Of a stretch of 64,000 nt of DNA, positions 13,497 through 23,110 are shown piece after piece. The translations under genes were made by a program, and so were the position numbers. A model generated the notes under the pieces. That model ran no database searches. It saw only the letters and a list, made by a program, of their open reading frames with translations, and was not told the DNA's origin. Numbering within the stretch: position 1 is the stretch's first letter; every line of letters begins with the position of its first letter. Source of the stretch: Camelus dromedarius. Lineage: Eukaryota. The stretch spans positions 2,046,001 to 2,110,000 of the forward strand of contig NC_087466.1 of NCBI RefSeq assembly GCF_036321535.1. The letters are read 5' to 3'.

Positions 13497-13572
13497 GTGG
13501 ACAGACTGACCATGCCAGGGAGTCTGCACCCACAAGAGGAGCATGTGGTGGAGCCCTCCCCTCTCCTGTTTG
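13497..13572 (+). pseudogene. CLTCL1: CLTCL1 penultimate-region coding exon remnant (76 nt)
   Basis: tgcag|GTGGAC...CTGTTTG|gtcggg, 76 nt. Translates VDRLTMPGSLHPQEEHVVEPSPLLF versus human CHC22 [25 protein letters not shown]. Lies ~1.5 kb upstream of the SLC25A1 ATG, as expected from synteny. Confidence 0.88.
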
Positions 13573-13939
13573 GTCGGGGGTGGCCCAGAGCCCCTAGTTC
13601 CCTGTCCCCTGAGGAGGGGAGGGGAGTGGGGAATCAATTCACACTGCCTTTCTGTGGGGGGCTTGGGAAGGGGGGTAAGGGACAGGGAGGACAGAGGAGC
13701 ATGCTGGCCTCCAGGTGTGGAAGGGGTCAGCGCTCCAGGAGGCCCCTCTGCTCCTCATGCTGGGCGGCTGCCCAGCTGCCTGTGTTGGTGTCGGCCCTCC
13801 CACTGTCCTTGCCTCCAGGCACCAGGCTGGAGCTGTCTGGTGTCTTGGCCTTTGGGTGGTCAGGGCTGGCCTGACACCCTGCTCCTTGGGCCCCTGGCCA
13901 CTCGGGGGCAGCAGGAGCCCTGGGCCTCTCCCTCTGCAG

Positions 13940-14440
13940 GCCAGCCGCTGATGCCAGCAGCAGGCCCTGCTACAGGCCCCAGCCTGCCCGCTTCCCCTGT
14001 GGGTATGCTGCGGCCTCCCGTGGGCCCTCAGCCAGTAGAGCACTAGAAGCAGCACCCTCTACCGAGTTACTAACCTCCCCAAGGAGCGCAGCACCCCCAG
14101 AAATACAGAGAACCCCAGGGGAGGTGGAACGCCTGGACGTTATTTTGCAGGGGCCCAAGTATGGCAGCCCCTTGGCCACTTGGAGCGTGGGGCGGCCGCG
14201 GTGGCCACTGACTGCCCAAGGAAACCGCCTGCAGCCGCCACACAAGAGGTGGACTCCGACCTCCGGGCCCTCTGGCTGGAGGCTGCCCTCCTGGGGAGTC
14301 GTGTGCAAGGGCTCCCAGGCGCACGAGAGTTGGGCGCCCTGTCCACTTTGCGCTGGCGGAGCTGTCCTTTCAGGTCACTTCGCGGACCCGCTGGACAGGC
14401 CGTGTAACCTGCACATTAAAGTCGGTTTATCGAGGCAGAG
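13940..14440 (+). pseudogene. CLTCL1: CLTCL1 terminal exon / 3'UTR remnant with ATTAAA poly(A) signal
   Basis: Acceptor ctctgcag at 13932-13939. Spliced frame reads G-QPLMPAAGPATGPSLPA..., similar to the CHC17 tail [11 protein letters not shown]. gagttactaacctccccaaggagc and attaaagtcggtttatc match the recalled human CLTCL1 3'UTR. ATTAAA at 14415-14420. Confidence 0.8.
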
Positions 14441-14559
14441 CTTCCCCCGGTGCTGGCGTGGACGGGAGGGACAGAAGAGCTGTGGGACCCCCTAGGGGGC
14501 GGGGACCTCTTCGGGGACAAGGACCCCGGATGACCAGGGTGTGTGGGGGTCTTCTCCCC

Positions 14560-14871
14560 TCCGTGTGCGCCGCTCCGAGCCTAGAATCCTGCCGGGGGCG
14601 CGGGGACAGCGCGGCGCTTCGGGTGAGGATCAGCCCCACCCTCCCGGCAGGGAGGAGGCGGCCCTACGCGTTCCGAGGGAGGCGCTCCGGGCTTCGGGGG
14701 CGGCACCTTGTCGGGCCCCGCGCGGTCATTGGCTGGAACGTCGGCCCGCCCGGCCTCAGTTTCCCGCGGGCTCGGGGCGGGCCGGGGGCGGGGCCCGGCT
14801 CGGACCACGCGGGGCGGAGCCCTGGAGCGACGCGGCCGCTCCTCCTCGGCCCATAACCGGCGCCGCTACCG

Positions 14872-14912
<41 letters not shown>

Positions 14913-14986
14913 TCCGCCTCCGCGACCGAGCGCAGGAGCTCGGACCCGAGGCCGCCGCCGCCGCCGGGCCCCCCGCCCCGCCCGCC
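14560..14986 (+). promoter_or_regulatory. SLC25A1 CpG-island promoter / 5'UTR
   Basis: Inverted CCAAT box (attgg 14728-14732), GC boxes ~14775-14797, SRE-like atcagccccac ~14629-14639, very high CpG density. Confidence 0.8.
14880..14912 (+). repeat. (GCC)11 trinucleotide repeat in the SLC25A1 5'UTR
   Basis: 11 uninterrupted GCC units with imperfect GCC flanks from ~14861 to 14921. Confidence 0.97.
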
Positions 14987-17168
14987 ATGGCCGCGCCCCG
15001 CGCTCTGGCGGCCGCCGCGCCCGCGCCCGGGAAGGCCAAGCTCACGCACCCGGGGAAGGCGATCCTGGCAGGTGGGGACATGCACACGCGAATCCCGACC
15101 TGGCACCCCGACCCTGCCGCGTTTCCGGAGGGACCGGGACACGGTCTCCGCGGCGCTTCCGGGCAGGCCCAGCCCCCGCCGCGTGTGCCCCGGCGCGCCC
15201 CGCCAGGACCGCGGGAGGGGCGTGGGCCCGGCTCCCGGCGCGGCAGGCAAAGTCCGGGTAGGGGAGGGGCGGGGCGGCCGGCGGGGAGGGGGAGGGGTCT
15301 CAGAGCGGTCCCGGTCGGTCCCCGCAGGCGGCCTGGCGGGCGGCATCGAAATCTGCATCACCTTCCCCACCGAGTACGTGAAGACGCAGCTACAGCTGGA
15401 CGAGCGCTCGCACCCGCCACGCTACCGGGGCATAGGTGAGTGGGGGCGGCCGGCGGGAGTGGGCAGGCCGAGGCCGGCGGGCCGGGTCGCTGACGGCCCC
15501 CTCCCCCAGGGGACTGCGTACGGCAGACGGTCCGCAGCCATGGCGTCCTGGGCCTGTACCGCGGCCTCAGCTCCTTGCTCTACGGCTCTATCCCTAAGGC
15601 GGCTGTCAGGTGAGGCTGACTCCGGGACCGCGGGAGGGGGTCCCGGCCTTGCTGCGGCCGCTCTCACACCTCTGCCTCCCGGTCCAGGTTTGGGACGTTC
15701 GAGTTTCTAAGCAACCACATGCGAGACGCCCAGGGACGGCTGGACAGCACGCGTGGACTGCTATGCGGTCTGGGCGCTGGCGTGGCCGAGGCCGTGGTGG
15801 TCGTGTGCCCGATGGAGACCATCAAGGTGGGCAGGTCCCACAGGACGGGGCCAGGTGTGCAGGGGATCTGTCTGGGGAGCCTGGCCCAGGAGGCCCGCAG
15901 GAACAGCCTCCTGGAGGCAGTGGGAAAACAAGGTTTCCCTTATCTTAGAAACTTATAAACACAAAACATAAGGTGACACGTGTCTGCTGCCTAAGTTGTG
16001 AGAGACACCAGCGAACAGAACGCCAGAGGCTGCAGGTCTGCGGCCTGCTTCGTCCCGAGGCCACATGTCCCCGGGGCCAAGTGTGCCCTGACAGTTACGC
16101 CCTGGAAGCCAGTGCCTTGCCTTCCCTCTTTCTCAGGTGAAGTTCATCCATGACCAGACCTCCGCCAACCCCAAATACAGAGGCTTCTTTCACGGGGTCA
16201 GGGAAATCGTGCGGGAGCAAGGTGAGCCAGTCCGCCCGTCCTGGGAGAGTGGGAGCTCAGGGACCCAAGCCAGGCTGGAAAGGCCCCCACTTCCCCTTCC
16301 TGCCTTGGCTGTCCTGCGGGCTGCGCCCCAGTTCCCAGCTGGGGCCTGTGTGACCCCCGTGCCTGCCTGCCTGCCCCAGGGCTGAAGGGCACGTACCAGG
16401 GCCTCACGGCCACCGTGCTGAAGCAAGGGTCCAACCAGGCCATCCGCTTCTTCGTCATGACCTCCCTGCGCAACTGGTATCGAGGTGAGTCTGCGCTCCA
16501 AGACCCCACCTCCAAGCCACGAACCCTCTCCCTACCCTCCCGTCCTGTCTGACCGCCACCCCCACCCCCATCCAGGGGACAACCCCAACAAGCCCATGAA
16601 TCCGCTGATCACCGGTGTGTTTGGAGCCATCGCGGGCGCAGCCAGTGTCTTCGGGAACACGCCCCTGGACGTGATCAAGACCCGGATGCAGGTGGGGGCG
16701 GGGCCACAGAAGGGGGCGGGGCCTGGGCCGGGCCAGCCGCTGAGCCCTGTGGCTGCCTGTGTCCTGCAGGGCCTGGAGGCGCACAAGTACCGAAATACGT
16801 GGGACTGCGGCCTGCAGATCCTGAGGAACGAAGGGCTTAAGGCGTGAGTAGGGGAAGCGCAGGGCTGCTGTCCCTACTCCAGGCCCTCCCTGCCTTCTCT
16901 CTGGGCCCCCCACCTCCTGTCCTCTGACCCAGGCCGTTCCCAGTGAGTCCTGCCATCTGCCTCTGTTCCTGCTCCGCCCACCTTTGGACCCACCCCTACT
17001 TTTCAGAGACACCATCTTCATCTGCCTCTTTGCCCCTCTGTCCCCGCCCCCAGATTCTACAAGGGCACTGTCCCCCGCCTGGGCCGGGTCTGCCTGGATG
17101 TGGCCATCGTGTTCGTCATTTATGATGAGGTGGTGAAGCTGCTCAACAAGGTGTGGAAGACAGACTGA
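14987..17168 (+). CDS. SLC25A1: Mitochondrial tricarboxylate (citrate) carrier, 9 exons, 308 aa
   Basis: Exons 14987-15071, 15328-15435, 15510-15609, 15688-15826, 16137-16221, 16380-16484, 16576-16691, 16770-16843, 17054-17168. All introns GT-AG; total 927 nt. [51 protein letters not shown]...VWKTD*. Carrier signatures PTEYVK, PMETIK, PLDVIK. Confidence 0.98.
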
Positions 17169-17741
17169 GCCCCGGAGTCGAGGGGCTGCCCCAGCCCCTC
17201 CAGGCTGGCTCCCACCACCCCTTCTCACAATTCCAGTGCTGTTGTGCCAAAAGGCCCCTCCCCCATCCCTCGCACTCCATGGCCTGGGTCTGCCCCTGTG
17301 GCCGTGAGTTCACGTGTCCCGTAGTGCCATGAGTCCCCTGTGGTCAGTATGATGCCACATTGTGTCCATGTGTCCAGCTGAGGCTGGTGCCCCTCTGGCC
17401 TGTGAATCTGTGCCCACTTGTCCACATGCTTACTCATGTGTGCCTGTGTTTCATGTTTTGAGTCCCGTGACCCTGTGCCCGCTTCCCGGGGTGCCCGTGT
17501 GGCCTGGTCCACGGCCCTGTAGCCATGGCCGGGTCCCAGCCCGGTGCCTTCCACCCTGGGCAGCGGGGGCATCCGCCCCGGCCTACCACAGCTGCCTCCG
17601 GGCCTCAGCCTGGCCTCACTGCATTCCAGGGGCCGCGTGCCCCCTGCTTCTCCTGCCACTGGCCTTAACTGGCCCTCGGGCCCTCCCTCCGCCCGGGACA
17701 GGGTGGCACCTGCCACTCTCAGGACCACCCTTCCAAGGCAG

Positions 17742-17747
17742 AATAAA
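17742..17747 (+). terminator. SLC25A1 poly(A) signal AATAAA
   Basis: First canonical AATAAA seen, ~575 nt after the stop, followed by a GT-rich stretch. Confidence 0.8.
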
Positions 17748-18789
17748 CCGGATCCTGTTGAGCTTCCTGTCCCTGTGTGGGCCCATCTGTGGGTGTGCAG
17801 GGATGGCCATGCCTCTAAGGACATGCCCACCACTCACCCGAGGACATTGCCAAGGGACAGGCATGCTGGTGGGCAGCCTGCTGTGGCCATGGCATCAGCC
17901 CCTGGGAGTCCTGGCACCAGGCCAAGGAATGTCTGAGCTCCAAGCAGGCCTTGCCTGTGGCCAAGATCCTGCAGGGTCAGCTAGAGGGCGTGTCCTTGTG
18001 ATCACTGGACAAGCAGTACTGAATGGGCAGAGCAGAAAGCTGCCCCACGCCAGTGGCTGGGCGTCGGGGGACAGTGCTCTCCGGCTCTTGTCTGCTTGTT
18101 GTCCAGCCCATCACTCCCCTGTGGTTTCTCTGAGATTGGCTGCTTGTGGGCAGGTGTTTGGGTGGCCAGTTTCTGGTCCCCTGAGGCCCTTTCTCACTCC
18201 ATCACCCAGGCTGGGAGATAGTGCCCTTAGGGCAGGAAGGGGTGGAACTGCCAGGGCTTGCGAAGATTCACCCCACAGCTCCAAACCTCAGGAAGGTGTC
18301 CGTCTTCCTGGAGCTCTCCTCTCCCAGGAGCCAGGCACAGGTAGGAGCCATGCCCAGTATGGAGGTTGAAGAGCCCTAAATGAGTGTTCTTGTGGCCCAG
18401 ATCTCCTGGCTGGGGACAAAGACCCATGAGCCATGTGGAGGGGTGTGAGAACAGGACAGGAGGAAGCAGTGCCCCGGGTTGTGTGGCAGCAGAGGGATCT
18501 TGTCCAAGTGACTCCAAGGGTAAAGCCACACAAAGGATTTGGCTCAGACTGGGAAGTAGCCTGCCAGCAGGAGCCTCCCAGCAGGCAGAGCCTGTGCCTG
18601 GAGCTGTTCCTTTTGTCAGTGGGGAGTGCTCCACCCTAGGACTTCACATGGCACCTGGATCCCTGGCCCAGATCTAGGGGCAAAGCTTGGGCTAGGGAGG
18701 TGCATAGGAACATTGTTTTGAAGGACTGGGCCGTGTGCCCTCAATGCTCCCAGGAGATGGAGAAGGGGCCCAGCAGCAAAGCTTGCCTG

Positions 18790-18920
18790 CTCCTGAGCCA
18801 AGACAAGCCACCCAACCTGTTTCCCAACCTGTGAAATGGGGAGACACAAGAACCCACCCCAGTGGGTTATGACGATGGAGTGATGTGACGTCTGTAAGGT
18901 GCACAAAGTGAGCCTCACAG
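18790..18920. mobile_element. MIR SINE fragment
   Basis: cctgtttcccaacctgtgaaatgggg...tgtaaggtgcac is a MIR core pattern. Confidence 0.6.
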
Positions 18921-20439
18921 GAGACTTCTGGCAGTCCCTCCGGGTTCCGGGTCGTTCCTAGAGCAGGCAAAGCCCAGAAGCTGGATCCTGAGGGGGTTCA
19001 ATGCCCTGGAATACTGTCCTCCAGGAATGGCATCTGCTCACAGACTGCACACCGGCACCCGGAGTCCTGTCCCTGTACACCTTCGCGAGGAGGAAGGGGC
19101 CAAGGCTGCACTGAGCTGAGGAAAGGGGATGGGGACTTGGACCAGGAGGGGCAGGGTCCCTGTAGTATCTCCCAGGCCCCTCTCCTGTGCCACACTGCAG
19201 CACATGGACAGCAGGTTGCTCACCCAGAGACGTTGATGGAGCTGGGTTGGAGTTCCCTGGGGCTGTGAGCACAGAGGAGCCACGTGCCGTGGCAGGCCAC
19301 CCCACCCCCACCCATTAGTACACATTAGCCTGAGTACTTTGGCAGCCTCAGTTCTTGGAGCTGAGACCTGAGGGAAGCGGGCTAGAGGGGTGAGTTCCCC
19401 CAAGTGCAAGAATGAGCTTGCAGTGACTGAGCTGCAGGAAGTCCAGCCACACTGAAGGGAAGTGAGCAGGTAAAGAGTGGCTGGAGAGGCAGGCAGGGGC
19501 CTGTAGGGAGCCCTGCTGCATTTAACCAAGCTCTGGAAGGCTGCAGGGGGGGCCTTGCAGCAACGGGGGCAAAGGGGCAAAATGGTATGTGGGCAGATCT
19601 TCAAGCAGTGGGGAAGCAAAACAAACTAACTTCAAGTCTGGTCCCCCTACCACCCCCACCAACCTAGACACATAAGCCAGTGTCAGGGAGACCCCCAGAA
19701 GGCGACTGTGTCTGCATATCAGGAGAGATGAGTGAGTGTGGAGATGCCAGCAGCATATCCTGCCCACAACCAGAACCTCTGTGCCCAGTTGGAAGCCACA
19801 GCCAACCAGCCTCAGGCAGCCTTCACCGTCTGGCATGGCCTTGAGCCTGAGATCATCTCAAAATGTGCCCAGGACAGCAGCCTCAGAGAGGGCATAGAAG
19901 CAGAGGGCGAAGTAGTGGCCGCTCCTGGTCTTAACTGCCATGGGGCTGAGAATGGGTGTCCCACCCCCTCTAGGCAGAGGCCCTCAGGCATTTGCCCTCC
20001 AGGGCCCCCCTGCCCCCACTTCCTTGAACACTCCCTTCACCCATTACTGACAGGCATCCCCTAGGTTTTTCCATGTCCTTGTGTAGGTGCTGAATGACAA
20101 TCAGAGCTTAGTACACACACAAAAGTCACTCCCAACCAGTGGGTCTGTCTCCTTTTAGCCAACAAAAAGAATTGTTTTTCAAGCTGTGCTCAGCCTTCAC
20201 AGCAAACAAACGGAGCTGGGGATGCTAGAGGATTTTTCTCGCTGACACTACACTTCCTGCGTGTTCTCGGATTCCCTGCACTGAATCTTTAGTCAGAAGT
20301 ACAGAATCAAGCTCCTGTCTCCTCAAGGTCTGAGAACAGGGACTGGACACACCAGGGCCAAGGAGAGATGCAGGCACAGTGGAGAACTGGCCGAAGAGGA
20401 CAACGGAGGACCACAGAGAATACCTGGAGGGGTGGACAA

Positions 20440-21500
20440 ACGCGGCCTAGGCCAACCAAGTGGGTGGGCTCCGGAAAACATGGCGGCCGTGGTGTGGCCT
20501 CGTAGATCCCCTCCTCTCACGCCCACCTGGCGGAGAACCCTGAAAGCAGCCTCCCTTTGCTGAGAGTGGGCCTGCCCCCGACCCCTGACCCTCAGCTGTT
20601 ACCACTTTTGCCTCCTCTGCCTGGCCGGCCACACGCACCCCCCGCTTGTTCCTCCATCGGCCACAGGACTGTTGTCTCGTGAAGGGACTTCCAGGGACGG
20701 GCCCTCCCCGCCCCCCTCTGCTCAGCAGCCTGCAGTGGCCTGCCGCCCAATCCTCGGCTGAAAAGCGGCCTCGGCAGTTCTCGCGCGCCGAGCGGGCTGA
20801 GGCCGCGGAAGCTCTCGGGCCTGCCGGCCTGTCCGCCCCTGGAGGCTCTCCAAGCTGACCGCACCCCGGAGTCCCGGCCTACAGCCCGCTGTCCTCACGG
20901 CCCCTGCTGTGATGGAAAAGGCAAAAGCCGCCGCGCCGTGACCAGGCCAGGTCGCGGAGAGAGGCTGCTCCCGTGGGCCGCCGGCTAAAGGCCGCAGACT
21001 GTCAGGGAAGCTCGGAGGTCCGGAAGCGCTCAGAGGCTTCCCGGGCCCGCTCGTGAGGGAGGTGCGGGTGACGCCAGGAAGCTCTGGGCCCGACAGCACT
21101 CGAGGAGCCGAGACCGGCGGGGGCGGGGCGGGGGCGGGGCTCGCGCCCGGAAGTCGGGAGGCGCGCGCTGATGGCGTCACGGAGCCCCAGCCGGCTCAGG
21201 TCCGTACATGCGCACGGCCCACGGGTGGCTTGTTGCGGTGCAGAGAGCGCCGTTCCTGGTCTTAGGGCCTGGACGTCGGTACCTGGACCTCACCTGCAGC
21301 CTTCAACCCCCAGACGCGGCCAGCGCAGCCACCATCGCCTACTCTACCCAACGGCCGACTGTCCACGCTGGACACTGCCAAGGGCGCTCCTGACGCGCCA
21401 GCCTGAGGGGACATCCCCCGACCTCCCCACCCCCCACCAGGAGACGCCTCAGTTTCCCTGCGCTGGACCCCGCCGCGGCAGCCTGCCTTCTGCCCCGCCC
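20440..21500. promoter_or_regulatory. Orphan CpG island with housekeeping-promoter motifs and no coding gene
   Basis: YY1 aaacatggcggc 20476-20487; ETS ccggaag 21020-21026 and ccggaagt 21147-21154; tandem GC boxes ~21119-21140; half-CRE cgtca 21175-21179; NRF1-like catgcgca 21207-21214. Confidence 0.7.
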
Positions 21501-22739
21501 CTAGACCACTGCACACCGCTGCTCCCTCTCCTTCCAGCACGTCCTCACCCTCGACCTTTGCCCAGTAATCTACACTGTCCTTCAGGCCCTACCTACTTGG
21601 CCTGTGTGCAGCAAGGGGGCCTGTTTCTTTTTCCCCAGACGGCCCCCTTCCTGTGTTCTCAGACCCAAGCTCCCGTAGGGCAGAACCTCGGCCTGTAGCT
21701 CACCCTTGTGTCTGCTCCCCGAGCAGCTTTTTGCTTCAGTGTCCCCATTCTAAGCCATGGGAAAGGAGATGGGATCAGGAGATGAGACCAGGAGGTCCAC
21801 CAGCCTCTCCACGGCTACCCTGCCACGTTCTACCTGCCTGGCCAGTTCCAGTCCAGCCACCTGCTGCCGCCTTGGGCTCAGGCCACATCCCCATGGAAGA
21901 GAATGCCAGGGAAACCCTATGGTGCAGACCCAACCCCTCTAAGTCCCCCACTCCCGGAGCCTGTCTTGAGTGGGGGCTGGGGGTATGTTCCCTACAGAAG
22001 GCAGCAGTGAGCACAGGCCTCACACCTGGACAGTGGGCCTCCTGCCAGGACCGTTCCTCCTCTCTGCCACCCCCATTTCTCAGATGGGAAACCCAGACAG
22101 AGACAGAGGACCCATATGAGACCTATGGAGGCACAGGCCTGCACAAACCCACCCTGCCCCACTTAGTGAGGGGGCTGAAGATAATCGGTTGGGGAGGCAG
22201 CAGTGGCATCACATCAGCCGGGTTGGGAGTCTGTACCATGAGATGGGACCCCCAAGGGAAAGATGGAGGGTCTGCAGGCAAGGGCTTCTTGCTGGGCTCA
22301 GTCAGCATCCCCCTGGTCTGCCACCTGCTTCCTGGCCATGTGTAATGAGGAGCCAGGTGTGTGCCTTGCTTTGGAACCTCTGCTCGGTGGCCACACTGAA
22401 CTCACCCAAGGCCACAAGGGGTGAACAGGTCCAGAGATGGAGTGCAGAAGGGGACAGGATGGGGAGGAGCTGGCTCAGAGAAGGGAAGGGATCCTGGAGG
22501 ATGGGCAGGAGCTATGTTCCCTGATTCTCCGAAGAAGCTGGCCAAGTGGAGGCTGAAGCCAACAGCCTGGCTCCGCTCACACTTGCCGGGCCAGGTGCAC
22601 TTGTAGCCCATTGGCCTGACGGACCGAAGGGTCCATCCCTTCCTCTGGTCCTCGGGACCAGGCTTGGCCCGGTGACAGCTGGGGAAACCAAGATCAGCCC
22701 CGGGCCTGGATCACAGGTCCCGTGGCCGCTCCACCGAAG

Positions 22740-23110
22740 GTTTCACCGCGCGCGCATCCCGCTGACAATTGAGTGGCCAAAGCAGATTAACCTGGGTGCT
22801 AATCCCCGCTAATGGCTTCAGAATCCCCGGCACCCAGCGGCTAAGCCGGCCTTTCTCCGCGGCACGGTCAGCCCTCCCCGGCGGCCTCAGCCCGCGGCTG
22901 TGCGATGGTATCTCGGCCCCGCCGCGCTAATCCCCGCGCTCGCTTTCTTCCCGGGCCCGCTCGAGATCGGCCGATCGGCGCTTGATTATGGCCGCTATCG
23001 AGGGCCTCTTTGTGCCATCGGCCCCAAATCCCCTAATTCCGTGATAAAGGAGGCATTAGCGGGCGTTTGCTGCAGAGAAAGGCGCCGAGATGAAAGAAAG
23101 CAATCAGGGG
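22740..23110. promoter_or_regulatory. CpG-rich candidate enhancer with a homotypic K50-homeodomain (TAATCC) site cluster
   Basis: gctaatccccgc at 22798-22809 and 22926-22937; agatta 22784-22789; taagcc 22842-22847; tgatta 22983-22988; TGACA (TALE) ~22763; additional TAAT cores and a GATA site. Confidence 0.65.

Noticed and set aside
14541-15710. 389-aa ORF (and the 243-aa and 204-aa ORFs) over the SLC25A1 CpG island
   Set aside because: Stop-poor GC-rich sequence spanning promoter, exons and introns. The only protein-like part is SLC25A1 exon 2.
17362-18369. 335-aa ORF over the SLC25A1 3'UTR
   Set aside because: Low-complexity Pro/Gly/Ala/Cys composition from GC-rich UTR. It crosses the poly(A) signal and no homology was recognised.
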